Source of the DNA: an uncultured bacterium
GTDB taxonomy: Bacteria > Verrucomicrobiota > Kiritimatiellia > RFP12 > UBA1067
Reading direction: 5' to 3'
NCBI GenBank assembly: GCA_902761275.1
Contig: CACWJS010000016.1
Span: 1,581-65,580 of the forward strand
DNA length: 64,000 nt
Under the pieces are notes generated by a model, which made no database searches, had not been told where the DNA came from, and saw only the letters and a list, made by a program, of their open reading frames with translations. Both the position numbers and the translations under genes were made by a program. Positions 9,795 to 21,384 of the stretch are shown piece by piece (position 1 is the stretch's first letter; the number at the start of each line of letters is the position of its first letter).

Positions 9795-9894
9795 AGTCGT
9801 TGTTGCGTCCGTCCGCAATGCTTGGCGTGCCCACCGCAGCTCCGAGGAGCGGTGCGGGCTTGCCCGCCGTAGCTCCGCACGGAGCGGAGGCGGG

Positions 9895-9977
9895 TGCCAG
9901 GAGCGGGACTCGAACCCGCACATACTCACGTATAGCAGATTTTGAGTCTGCCGCGGCTGCCATTACGCCACCCTGGC
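9895..9977 (-). tRNA. tRNA-Leu (anticodon CAA), CCA not encoded
   Basis: Reverse complement GCCAGGGTGGCGTAATGGCAGC...GCAGA-CTCAAAA-TCTGC...GCGGGTTCGAGTCCCGCTCCTGGCA has a class II variable arm. Followed by CCC, not CCA. Confidence 0.85.
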
Positions 9978-9988
9978 CTTGCCCAGTC

Positions 9989-10062
9989 TGGAGCGGGCGA
10001 AGGGAATCGAACCCTCGTAGCCAGCTTGGAAGGCTGGAGCTCTGCCATTGAGCTACGCCCGC
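9989..10062 (-). tRNA. tRNA-Gly (anticodon TCC), CCA encoded
   Basis: Reverse complement GCGGGCGTAGCTCAATGGCAGAGCTCCAGC-CTTCCAA-GCTGG...AGGGTTCGATTCCCTTCGCCCGCTCCA. Confidence 0.88.
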
Positions 10063-10082
10063 TTTGCAAACGAACGGCGCAA

Positions 10083-10091
10083 AGTATATCA
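10083..10091 (-). promoter_or_regulatory. extended -10 box TGATATACT (tRNA-Gly/Leu/Ser-comEB unit)
   Basis: + strand agtatatca. Lies 20 nt upstream of the tRNA-Gly 5' end. Same 9-mer as the tRNA-Glu promoter. Confidence 0.6.
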
Positions 10092-10097
10092 TTTTTT

Positions 10098-10106
10098 TGG
10101 TATAAT
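10098..10106 (+). promoter_or_regulatory. extended -10 box TGGTATAAT (tilS)
   Basis: Exact TGGTATAAT 8 nt before the GTG at 10115. Back-to-back with the tRNA promoter. Confidence 0.6.
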
Positions 10107-10114
10107 GCGCAAGG

Positions 10115-10762
10115 GTGAAAATAGACAGATCCATACTTCCTCCAGGAAAAATCGGACTCGCCGTCAGTGGCGGTTCCGATTCCGTTGCCCTCGCATTTCT
10201 CCTCACGAAAGGCGGCAAGAAGAAAAACGCCGCGAAACGCTTCGTCGTCCTCCATGTCGACCACGGGCTGAGGAAGGAATCGAAGGAGGAATACAGGTTC
10301 GTGCGTTCGCTCGCAAAACGCCTCGGCATCCCCTTCAAGGGAATCCACGCCAAGGTCGTCAAGAGGCGCGGCGAATCGCTTGAGATGGCCGCGCGGCGCG
10401 TGCGGCTCGCGTTCTTCTCAAAGTGCATGAAGTCGCTTAAGCTCGATGCCGTCGCGACAGGCCACCACATGGACGATGTCGCGGAGACGTTCCTCATGAA
10501 GCTGCGCCGAGCGTCGCTCTCGGGCATCCGCGCAACAAGCGAAGTCGCCGGAATCAAGTTCGTGCGCCCGCTTCTCGGCTGCCGCGACGACGAGCTCAAG
10601 GACTACCTTCGCAAGTTTGGCGAAGAATGGCGCGAGGACGCGTCGAACGACGACGTCTCGATAGAGCGCAACAAGGTGCGCCACGAAGTGATCCCCTTTA
10701 TGGAAAAGGTGCTCGACGCAAACCTCGTCGAGCACCTCTACCGCATTTCACAGCGGCTCTAA
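10115..10762 (+). CDS. tilS: tRNA(Ile)-lysidine synthetase, PP-loop domain only (215 aa)
   Basis: PP-loop SGGSDS about 18 residues from the start; HVDHGLR and ATGHHMDD motifs. GTG start, probably leaderless. Confidence 0.75.
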   Translation: MKIDRSILPPGKIGLAVSGGSDSVALAFLLTKGGKKKNAAKRFVVLHVDHGLRKESKEEYRFVRSLAKRLGIPFKGIHAKVVKRRGESLEMAARRVRLAFFSKCMKSLKLDAVATGHHMDDVAETFLMKLRRASLSGIRATSEVAGIKFVRPLLGCRDDELKDYLRKFGEEWREDASNDDVSIERNKVRHEVIPFMEKVLDANLVEHLYRISQRL

Positions 10763-10781
10763 TCCCGTTCCCCGTTCCCCA

Positions 10782-12527
10782 TTACCTGTTTATTCCCTTG
10801 TGGTTCATGAACTCCCAGATGCGGCCGAGCCACGTGTAGCTACCGGTACCGGGAGACGCCTTCAGCTGGAAGCAGTGCGGCCTCTTGCATAGCGTGTGCA
10901 GGTCGCTCGCAATTCCCATGCGACGCATCTGCTCCCACGTCTTCACAGAGTTCATCGACGCCCAGCCGTCGGCATCGCCGTGGATGAACACCATCGGGCA
11001 AGTGTCGGGGTCGAACGCGAACTCAGGGACGAGCCGCGCGGAATCGTCGTTGCCGCCAGTAGTGTTGTGCATGTCGTAGCCGTCCGTGAGCGCATACGCA
11101 GGGTAGATGCCGACGCCCCACTGGACTTTGCACGAGACATCGTCGATCTTGTCGATGTTCCAGTACGAGCGGCTTCTCGAGCTCGTCACGCCCATAAGCG
11201 TTAGGTGCCCGCCGGCAGACGAGCCCATAATGCCGATGCGATTCGGGTCAAGCCCCTTCTCCGCCGCCTTTGAGCGGACGATCCTGATGCATCGCTGGAG
11301 ATCCTGCCATGCGGTCGTGTGCTTCGCGAGCGGAGCCGCGGGGCGAGGAGTCCTGTACAGCATTGTGACGACGGCCATGCCCTTTTCGTTGAGGAAGCGA
11401 CGAGCCGGCGCAACTTCGAAACCATCCGGAGTGTTGCCATAGTACCCTCCGCCGGAGTAAATGATCTGTATCGCCTTCGTTGTCAAGTTCGAGGGAATGT
11501 ACCACTCGAGATAGGGGATATTCTGATTCTTCTGGAAATTGGGAATCTTCCCTTCGGGCCACAGATTCTCCTTCGCGTACTTCGCCGGATCGTGGAAGTC
11601 AACGGCGAAGCGCTGCATAAGGTCTTCTTCAGGCGGGAGCTCTCCAAGGAAGCCCATCTGCGCAAGGAATTCCATCGAGCGGTCGAACCAGTTGTCGTAA
11701 GCAGCCGCCTTGTCGCCCTTGCCGTCAGAGCCCCAGAAGCCGTGGTTGCGGTCGGCAAAAAGGTGAAGCTCGGCAGGAACCTTCTTCTTTCTCAATTCGC
11801 GATAGACGAGCGTCGACGCCATAGGCGAATAAAGATCGACGCTTCCGTGGAACATGCACATCGGCGCGGTCTTCTCGTCGTATTTGAAAACCGAGTCGAG
11901 CTTGGCGTCAATCGCCTGCCCGTTGCGCGTGTTGGGCGTGCCGATGCCGTCAGTCACCGCGTATGCAATCGCGCCCGTGATTGCCCAGTTGATGTGGCAG
12001 GGAAGGTCGTCAAGCTCGTCGATCTTCGCGTAGGCAGGCGTAAGCGCGCTCGTCGCGAGGAGCGTCGCGAGGTGAGAGCCAGCCGACATCGAGATCGTTC
12101 CTATCTTCTCAGGGTCATACCCGCGCTTCGCGGCCTCGGAGCGCACCATCCTGACAGCGCGCTGGCCGTCCTCCCACGCGCTCTGGTAGATTGGGAGATT
12201 TCTTGGACGCGGCGTCCTGTAGACGAAATTGACGCACTGGAATCCGGCAGCAGTGAACTTCTTCTCCCATTCCTTCACGAGCCCGACATCGCAGCAGCTC
12301 TCGTATCCGCCTCCCGAAATAAGGATCATGCAGCAGCCGTTTGGCTTCTCAGGGACGGGGCCCCAGTCGAGATAGGGGAACTTGCCCTTCTCCTTCTCGT
12401 TCGTCATCGCACCGATCTGGTGGTCTTGCGCGTCAGGCATCTTGCCGTCCGGCCAGATGAACTCGCGCTCTGCGAACGCGGCGAACGCCACCGCGCAGAA
12501 CGCACCAAGCAACATTGTCTTTTTCAT
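10782..12527 (-). CDS. secreted tandem alpha/beta-hydrolase (esterase-like, two domains)
   Basis: Signal peptide MKKTMLLGAFCAVAFAAFA. Two GxSxG nucleophile elbows (SMSAGSH, GSSAGGH) in two similar halves. Confidence 0.65.
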   Translation of the reverse strand: MKKTMLLGAFCAVAFAAFAEREFIWPDGKMPDAQDHQIGAMTNEKEKGKFPYLDWGPVPEKPNGCCMILISGGGYESCCDVGLVKEWEKKFTAAGFQCVNFVYRTPRPRNLPIYQSAWEDGQRAVRMVRSEAAKRGYDPEKIGTISMSAGSHLATLLATSALTPAYAKIDELDDLPCHINWAITGAIAYAVTDGIGTPNTRNGQAIDAKLDSVFKYDEKTAPMCMFHGSVDLYSPMASTLVYRELRKKKVPAELHLFADRNHGFWGSDGKGDKAAAYDNWFDRSMEFLAQMGFLGELPPEEDLMQRFAVDFHDPAKYAKENLWPEGKIPNFQKNQNIPYLEWYIPSNLTTKAIQIIYSGGGYYGNTPDGFEVAPARRFLNEKGMAVVTMLYRTPRPAAPLAKHTTAWQDLQRCIRIVRSKAAEKGLDPNRIGIMGSSAGGHLTLMGVTSSRSRSYWNIDKIDDVSCKVQWGVGIYPAYALTDGYDMHNTTGGNDDSARLVPEFAFDPDTCPMVFIHGDADGWASMNSVKTWEQMRRMGIASDLHTLCKRPHCFQLKASPGTGSYTWLGRIWEFMNHKGINR

Positions 12528-12554
12528 TGTTGTCCTTTCTTTCGTTTGAATATT

Positions 12555-13150
12555 TTATCTACTTGCGAGGGCGAGTCGCACGAGCGTCTCGACGTCCTTG
12601 ACGGACGGATTGTCGGCCAGCACCTTCGAGACCATCTTGTTCGCCGCCTCCTCGCTGAAGCCAAGCGCCGTCAGCGCAAGAATCGCGTCGTGGAGAATCG
12701 GCGTCTTCGCGTCATTTCCGCCGCGGCGAGAAGTTGCGGCAAGCGCCTCGATTGCGTTGACCTTGTCCTTCAGCTCGACGCAGATCTTCTCGGCTGTCTT
12801 CTTGCCGACGCCCTTGATCGAAGATATCCTCTTGGCGTTGCCTGACGCAATCGCGAGCGAAAGCTCACCAATCGACGAGCCGGAGAGAATCACAAGCGCG
12901 ATCTTGGGGCCGACGCCGCTCACCTGGGTAAGCTTCAGGAACATCTCGCGCTCCTCCTTAGTCGCAAACCCGAAAAGCGCCTCGTCGTCTTCGCGGACGC
13001 AGTGCCACGCAAGGAGCTTTACCTCGCCGCCCTCCTTTGGAAGTCGGTCGAACGTCGAGACAGGTATAAGCAGCTCGTAGCCAACTCCACCGGCCTCTAT
13101 AACAACGCGGTCAGGCCCCTTCTCGGCCAGCACGCCTCTTATGTACGCAA

Positions 13151-13154
<4 letters not shown>
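12555..13154 (-). CDS. ruvA: Holliday junction branch migration protein RuvA
   Basis: MIAYIRGVL...GGVGYELLIP N-terminus and HhH region (VSGVGPKIAL, IKGVGKKTAEKI). ATGA-type overlap with valS stop. Confidence 0.9.
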
Positions 13155-15889
<2,735 letters not shown>

Positions 15890-15918
15890 CTTGTCTTCCG
15901 TTGCTTTTTTGAATGGAT

Positions 15919-15927
15919 ATTATACCA
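15919..15927 (-). promoter_or_regulatory. extended -10 box TGGTATAAT (valS-ruvA)
   Basis: + strand attatacca, 29 nt upstream of the valS ATG. Confidence 0.6.
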
Positions 15928-15992
15928 TAATCCGCGCCCAAAGATGTCCGCGACATTGGGCAAGACCTTAGCAATCCTATCGGTCTAATCCG

Positions 15993-17111
15993 TCAGACTT
16001 TCAAGTACACCCCTTTGCGGTGCAGGAAATAGAGGAACAGCCAGCAAACCGCTATATAGCCGATCTGCAGCACAACGGGGCTCCAAGCTTCAGGGAAAAG
16101 CGAGGCAAGCCCGCCAAAGAGAAAGTCGCGCGCAACCCTAAAGCCAATTACGCTCTGGGCCATGTATATCGTTATCGAGTTCAGGCCTATTACGGTGAAG
16201 AAGAACGTCCACTTGCGGAAGTTCAAGACATCGACGACCCAGTAGAAAAGCGAAAAAAGCAAGAAGGATATTCCGCCCGCGACAAGCGTGAAGCTTGGCG
16301 ACCAAAGCGCCTTGTTGATCGGGAAGACGAACGAAAGCGCAAACCCGAGCACGAGCGACGCGACTCCGCAGGAGAAAAGATCAAGTGCCTTACGAGACGT
16401 CGCGGCAGATCCGCCGCGGCGGACGACCTCACCGGCGAACATACCGAGCATCGCGGTGACAATCGCGGGCAGGATGCCGGCGAATCCTTCAGGGTCGAAG
16501 AGCTTCCTATAGGTATGTCCGCCCGTTAGCGTTCGGTCGAGCCAGCAACCAAAGTTTCCTTCCGGCGAGAACGGATCTACCGGAACCGCAGCGCCAGGAG
16601 CCGTGATGAAGATTGTTCCGACAGTGACGCCAGCGAGAATAGCGACGGCAATGCCGAGACGCGCCTTGACGCCGCAAACGAGGTAAAGCCACGCCGCCAC
16701 CATCCATGCGACGCCGATTCGCCCCAACACGCTCCAAACGCGCTGGTGGGCGAAGTTAAACGAAAGAAGTCTTTCATAGCACAAGCCAAGCAAGACAAGA
16801 ACAAGCCCGCGTTTCAGCGCCTTAAGAGCTATGCGTCCGTCGCTAAGCCCACGCTCGCGACTCTTCGCAAGCGAAAACGGGAAACTCACGCCTGCCATAA
16901 AAAGGAAGAGCGGGAAGACAAGGTCCATGAAGTGGAGTCCGTGCCACTTCGCATGGCCGAACGCCTCGTGGAACCCGACAAACCCTAACGCCGCGGCAAT
17001 CGCGCATATAAGCTCTTCGCCGCCCATGATGAACAGCATGTCGAATCCACGAAGAACGTCAAGCGAGGCAAGCCGCGCGGTCTTTGCAGTTTCCTTGTTT
17101 TCCGAGTTCAT
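15993..17111 (-). CDS. polytopic membrane acyltransferase-like protein (DUF5009/HGSNAT-like)
   Basis: ORF 15993..17159, start trimmed to ATG 17111 (MNSENKE) downstream of the promoter. RLASLDVLRGFDMLFIMGG motif and multiple TM segments. Confidence 0.6.
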   Translation of the reverse strand: MNSENKETAKTARLASLDVLRGFDMLFIMGGEELICAIAAALGFVGFHEAFGHAKWHGLHFMDLVFPLFLFMAGVSFPFSLAKSRERGLSDGRIALKALKRGLVLVLLGLCYERLLSFNFAHQRVWSVLGRIGVAWMVAAWLYLVCGVKARLGIAVAILAGVTVGTIFITAPGAAVPVDPFSPEGNFGCWLDRTLTGGHTYRKLFDPEGFAGILPAIVTAMLGMFAGEVVRRGGSAATSRKALDLFSCGVASLVLGFALSFVFPINKALWSPSFTLVAGGISFLLFSLFYWVVDVLNFRKWTFFFTVIGLNSITIYMAQSVIGFRVARDFLFGGLASLFPEAWSPVVLQIGYIAVCWLFLYFLHRKGVYLKV

Positions 17112-17144
17112 TCTGTTAAATATCCTTTCCTTTGGATGCACACT

Positions 17145-17153
17145 ATTATACCA
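17145..17153 (-). promoter_or_regulatory. extended -10 box TGGTATAAT
   Basis: + strand attatacca, 33 nt upstream of ATG 17111 with AAGGAAAGGA SD in between. Confidence 0.55.
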
Positions 17154-17174
17154 CACCATTCTAAAGTCAGTCGC

Positions 17175-18317
17175 TTAGCCCTTCCACGTCGCGCGGCGGA
17201 AGTCACGCATAGACATCGCAAAGCGCTTCTTGAAGAGGTTCTTGAGGTAGTTGGGGTTGGTGTATCCGCAGGCGGCAGCAATGGAGTCTATCTTCTCGCG
17301 CGTCTCCCTAAGACGCCGCTTCACTTCGTCGAGACGGCGCTCGGTTATCGCCTGAAGGATGCTTCGCTTCTGCAGTTCGCGGAACCTGAGGTCGGCGAGT
17401 CGGCGCGAGCAGCCGAGGTGCCGCACAACGTCTTCGACGCCAATTCCCTCTAGCGCATGGCGGTCGATGTAGACGACGGCCTTCTGCACAAGGCGACCAG
17501 CGCTCGAAAGCTCGCAGGTCGACTCGCGGCGGACGACTTCTTTTATGTCCGCAAGAAGGACACAGGAATCAGGACCTTTGCCATGCATCATCGAGTCAAG
17601 CGTCTCCGCCGCAAGATAGCCCTCCCCCTCGAAGTCGGGCATCACGGATGAAAGCCGTGGGTGAGTGTTTTCGCAGATGAGCGTATCGTTGTCCACGCCG
17701 AGCACCGCGATGTCCTGCGGAACCCTGACCCTCTTCGAAGACAGCAACTTAAGCAAGTCATTCGCCCGGTCGTCGTATGCCACGAAAACGGCGGCGGGTC
17801 GCTTGAGCTTCAGCGCCTCGGACGGATTGAAAAGCTCTTCGCACCAGATGCCGTTGTCTTTGAGCGTCTTTCTGTATGACTTGAATCTCGTAAGATCCCA
17901 GTCGAGCATCCCTTCGGAATGCAGAAACGCATAAGACCGAGCGACGCCTTGCCCCATGAAATACTGCGCCGCCGCACAGCCGATCTTCTCGCCGGAGTTG
18001 CGTATCGTAACTAAGTTCTTCTTGCGCCGTTCAAGAGGAGCGGAACGGATGTCCATCACTATCGTTGGCGTCGAAACGCCCGCAAGCGGAACTACCGATT
18101 CCTCAGTCTCGGGAATGGAGACGATAAAGCCGTCCGTTCCACCCGACACGGCCTTCTCGACGAGCTCGCGCGTAAGTTCCGCACGCGTGCGAACAAGCGT
18201 GACGTCCCAGGGCGAATCGTCAGGGTATCGCTCGCTAAGGTAGCGGAAAATCCCGGCGAGCTTGTTTTGCCCCGCGACACCAGCCATTTTCAGCGCTATG
18301 AACACCTTTTTCTTCAT
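17175..18317 (-). CDS. XylR-like regulator (periplasmic-binding-protein-like sensor domain + AraC-type HTH)
   Basis: ORF 17175..18500, start at ATG 18317 (MKKKVFIALKMAG). C-terminal AraC HTH (IDSIAAACGYTNPNYLKNLFKKRFAMSMRDFR). Confidence 0.75.
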   Translation of the reverse strand: MKKKVFIALKMAGVAGQNKLAGIFRYLSERYPDDSPWDVTLVRTRAELTRELVEKAVSGGTDGFIVSIPETEESVVPLAGVSTPTIVMDIRSAPLERRKKNLVTIRNSGEKIGCAAAQYFMGQGVARSYAFLHSEGMLDWDLTRFKSYRKTLKDNGIWCEELFNPSEALKLKRPAAVFVAYDDRANDLLKLLSSKRVRVPQDIAVLGVDNDTLICENTHPRLSSVMPDFEGEGYLAAETLDSMMHGKGPDSCVLLADIKEVVRRESTCELSSAGRLVQKAVVYIDRHALEGIGVEDVVRHLGCSRRLADLRFRELQKRSILQAITERRLDEVKRRLRETREKIDSIAAACGYTNPNYLKNLFKKRFAMSMRDFRRATWKG

Positions 18318-18324
18318 TGCGGAT

Positions 18325-18333
18325 ATCATACCA
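18325..18333 (-). promoter_or_regulatory. extended -10 box TGGTATGAT (xylR-like, leaderless)
   Basis: + strand atcatacca. ATG 18317 lies 7 nt downstream. Confidence 0.5.
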
Positions 18334-18396
18334 TATTCGTTGCCGAAAATGTGTGATTTTTTTGCTGATTTGAGTATAGCGCCGAAAACGGCAAAT

Positions 18397-18405
18397 TGAT
18401 ACAAT
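18397..18405 (+). promoter_or_regulatory. extended -10 box TGATACAAT (sugar-acid operon, leaderless)
   Basis: tgatacaat lies 9 nt before ATG 18415. Confidence 0.5.
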
Positions 18406-18414
18406 AACTGCATC

Positions 18415-19737
18415 ATGAACATCAACAAGATCAATCCGTCAACTCTCAAGATCACAGACATGCGCTTTGCCGACATCGACGGTGCGCCCAAGCGTTGCAC
18501 GTTGATGAAGCTCTACACGAACCAGGGGCTTGTCGGCTACGGCGAAGTGCGCGACGCGAGCTCGCGTACTTACGCGGCGATGCTAAAGTCGCGCATCCTC
18601 GGCGAGAACCCGTGCAATGTCGAGAAGATCTTCCGCCGCATCAAGCAGTTCGGCGGCGACTCGCGCCAGGCAGGCGGCGTGTGCGCGGTCGAGCTCGCGT
18701 GCTGGGATCTCTGCGGCAAGGCGTGGGGGCTCCCCGTATGGCAGCTTCTCGGCGGCAAGTGGCGCGACGAGATACGCTGCTACTGCGATACTGACTCCGA
18801 AGGCGGTGGGCGCGACATGGGCGCGGCCTTGAAGGAGCGCATGAAGATGGGCTTCACGTTCCTCAAGATGGATCTCGGCATAGAGCTTCTTACAAACGTC
18901 AAGAACGCGCTTATCGCGCCGCTCGGCTACCTCGAGTACATGAGAAAAATGAAGCACGTCGTGCAGACGCCGCATGGTTCGATCGACCCAAGGTCGATGC
19001 GCGGCGAGGCGTTCGAGCTTTTTACAACGGCCCACGGCCACACGGGAATCCATATCACCGAGACGGGACTCGACTACTTGGAGAAGTATATGTCGGATGT
19101 CCGTGATGTCATTGGCTGGGAAGTGCCGATCGCAATCGATCACCTCGGGCACATTCCCTACGAAGATTGCGTACAACTTCTCCGCCGCCTGGAAAAGTAC
19201 CACCTGTCGTGGGCGGAAGACGTTCTTCCCTGGCGCAACGTGGAACAGTGGAAACAGCTTCACGCCGCAACCACGACTCCGCTCGGCACAGGCGAGGACA
19301 TCTACCTTAAGGAAGACTTCAAGCCCCTTCTCGAGTCACACGCGCTCGCGGTCGTCCATCCTGACCTCCTCACCTGCGGCGGCATCATGGAGACGAAGAA
19401 AGTCGGCGACATGGCCGAGGACTACGGCGTGCAGATGAACATCCACATGGCCGAGTCTCCGATCGCCTGCCTCGCGGCGGTGCATACCGCGGCCGCAACT
19501 CGAAACTTCATGGCGCTCGAGCTCCACTCGGTCGACGTTCCGTGGTGGGGCGACCTCGTGAAGCCAGCCCTTTCCTACAAGGGCGGATTTATCAAGGTTC
19601 CGACGAAGCCGGGGCTTGGCATCGACGAACTGAACGAGAAACTTATCAAGAAGCAGGCATGCGCCGACTTCCCGCCGCCGTGGAATTCCACGAAGGAATG
19701 GGATAAGGAATGGTCCAACGACCGCCGCTGGAGCTGA
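18415..19737 (+). CDS. enolase-superfamily (mandelate racemase/muconate lactonizing) sugar-acid dehydratase
   Basis: 440-aa ORF with N-terminal capping-domain pattern (GYGEV, ELACWDLCGKAWGLPVWQLLGG) and a barrel domain. Confidence 0.75.
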   Translation: MNINKINPSTLKITDMRFADIDGAPKRCTLMKLYTNQGLVGYGEVRDASSRTYAAMLKSRILGENPCNVEKIFRRIKQFGGDSRQAGGVCAVELACWDLCGKAWGLPVWQLLGGKWRDEIRCYCDTDSEGGGRDMGAALKERMKMGFTFLKMDLGIELLTNVKNALIAPLGYLEYMRKMKHVVQTPHGSIDPRSMRGEAFELFTTAHGHTGIHITETGLDYLEKYMSDVRDVIGWEVPIAIDHLGHIPYEDCVQLLRRLEKYHLSWAEDVLPWRNVEQWKQLHAATTTPLGTGEDIYLKEDFKPLLESHALAVVHPDLLTCGGIMETKKVGDMAEDYGVQMNIHMAESPIACLAAVHTAAATRNFMALELHSVDVPWWGDLVKPALSYKGGFIKVPTKPGLGIDELNEKLIKKQACADFPPPWNSTKEWDKEWSNDRRWS

Positions 19738-19769
19738 TCTGCAAACGACAAAACATGAAAGGCCACGAA

Positions 19770-21344
19770 ATGAAAACTTTAGCGACAACTGCTGCACTTG
19801 CACTCGCACTAACCGCACAGGCGGAATTCAAAATCGACCGCTCGGCGATGAGCGAGAAATACTGGAACATCTGGAACGACGAGGTCCAGGCGAAGATCGA
19901 CGCCGACATAGAGGCAAACCGCAAGGCGGATGCGTCGTTTGAAGTCGCGGCTCCTGACGGCGCGGAGGTGAAGGTCGAGCAGATCGGCCATGCCTTCCGC
20001 TTTGGCGCGCACATCTTTAACTACGACCAGCTCGGCAAAGACGAGTGGAACGCCGCCTACAAGGCGAGCTACGGAGAAGGCGGCATCTTCAACCAGGCAA
20101 CGGTCGCGTTCTACTGGCGCGAATACGAGCCAGTTCCCGGGCGTTTCCGCGCCTTTGGCGACTACGAAGACACCGCACGGTTCTGGAATTCGCTTTCGCG
20201 CGCAGAGGCAATGGAGCATCCGTACTGGCGTCGGCCCGCGCCTGCGCCCGCCATCAACTACTTGAGGTCGCGCGGAGTGGCGATTCATGGCCACATTCTC
20301 ATTTGGGGCTCGGCGAAGCCGAACTGGATCTACGACTGGTACTGCCCCGAAAGCGAGAAGCGCGCGTTCGACACGATTGGCATTCCGCGCAGTGACACAA
20401 AGGACTTCCCGAAGACCGACAACTGGGACGGCGGCTATAACAAGTACTGGCGCGCCTGCTGGTCGCGCACCTACGCGTCGCTTTCCGAAGCGGAGATAGC
20501 GGCTATGGCGCCGACTTTCGTCCGCCGCATGCCGGAGATATTCCGCAAGCGCGTCTTCGACGTCGCGCGCGATTTCGGCGAAGTCGTCGACAGTTGGGAT
20601 GTCGTGAACGAGTCCTCCGTCGATTGGCGTATGTATCGCAAGTCGCGGACGGGGCTCCCGGTATGGAAGAGCACCTACGGCCTTATGCCGGGCGACTATC
20701 CGCTACACGCACTTCTGGATGCGAAAGAGGCCTTCCCCGCCAAGGCCAATCTCGCCATCAACGACTACAACATCAGTTCCGATTTCCTCGCACAGGTGAA
20801 GGATATCGATGACGAAGGCGCGAAGATCGACATAGTCGGTTGTCAGATGCATCTTTTCAACACCAACGACTGCATGCGTCTCGCGCTCGGCAATACCGGC
20901 ATCAGCTGGATATCGACGCCAGCCGACATCCGCAACCGTCTCGACATGATGGCGAAGACCGGCCGCCCGCTGCACGTCTCCGAGGTGACGATTACCTCGC
21001 CTGGTTCCGACGACCGCAGCCGCATGATACAGGCGGTCCTGACACGCAACATATACCGCGCGTGGTTCTCGCATCCGAAGACGATGGGCATCACCTGGTG
21101 GAACACGGTTGACGGCGGCGGCGTCAAGGGCGAGCCGCTCGTCTCTGGGCTTTTCACGACCGACTTGAAGCACAAGCCAGCATACGACGCTCTCGACGAT
21201 CTCATCAACCGCGAATGGAAGACGAAGACAACCGTGAAGGCGGCTGCAGGAAAGGTCTCGTTCCGCGGTTTCAAGGGACGCTATCGTCTCTCGTGGAAGG
21301 ACGCCGATGGCAAGGAGCACAGCAAATTTGTCGAGGTCGAGTAA
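19770..21344 (+). CDS. glycoside hydrolase family 10 (endo-beta-1,4-xylanase-like), secreted
   Basis: Signal peptide MKTLATTAALALALTAQA. GH10 signatures IHGHILIWGS..PNW, WDVVNES (acid/base), IVGCQMH, LHVSEVTI (nucleophile). Alternative ATG at 19755. Confidence 0.8.
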   Translation: MKTLATTAALALALTAQAEFKIDRSAMSEKYWNIWNDEVQAKIDADIEANRKADASFEVAAPDGAEVKVEQIGHAFRFGAHIFNYDQLGKDEWNAAYKASYGEGGIFNQATVAFYWREYEPVPGRFRAFGDYEDTARFWNSLSRAEAMEHPYWRRPAPAPAINYLRSRGVAIHGHILIWGSAKPNWIYDWYCPESEKRAFDTIGIPRSDTKDFPKTDNWDGGYNKYWRACWSRTYASLSEAEIAAMAPTFVRRMPEIFRKRVFDVARDFGEVVDSWDVVNESSVDWRMYRKSRTGLPVWKSTYGLMPGDYPLHALLDAKEAFPAKANLAINDYNISSDFLAQVKDIDDEGAKIDIVGCQMHLFNTNDCMRLALGNTGISWISTPADIRNRLDMMAKTGRPLHVSEVTITSPGSDDRSRMIQAVLTRNIYRAWFSHPKTMGITWWNTVDGGGVKGEPLVSGLFTTDLKHKPAYDALDDLINREWKTKTTVKAAAGKVSFRGFKGRYRLSWKDADGKEHSKFVEVE

Positions 21345-21384
21345 AGAATATCCCGAGCACCGTCATACACGGAAAGGAAGCGAC

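Noticed and set aside
9217-10599. 460-aa minus-strand ORF in the track spanning comEB, three tRNAs and the tilS region
   Set aside because: Only the C-terminal 160 aa (from ATG 9699) have dCMP-deaminase character. The rest reads through three tRNA genes and antisense to tilS (PP-loop gene on +), so it is an artefactual fusion ORF.
11319-12845. Long antisense ORFs typical of GC-rich DNA (also 6445-7806, 14639-15787, 40112-41614, 46091-47272, 49526-50938, 51515-53296, 55604-56509, 61128-62240)
   Set aside because: Each lies opposite an ORF with clear family motifs. Their products are Arg/Ala/Pro-rich low-complexity sequences without recognisable domains, start signals or promoters.
15890-15992. 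T-box or other riboswitch leader upstream of valS (and of argG at 27555-27586)
   Set aside because: Predicted leaders are only about 30 nt, too short for a T-box or aptamer, and no specifier or terminator structures are visible.
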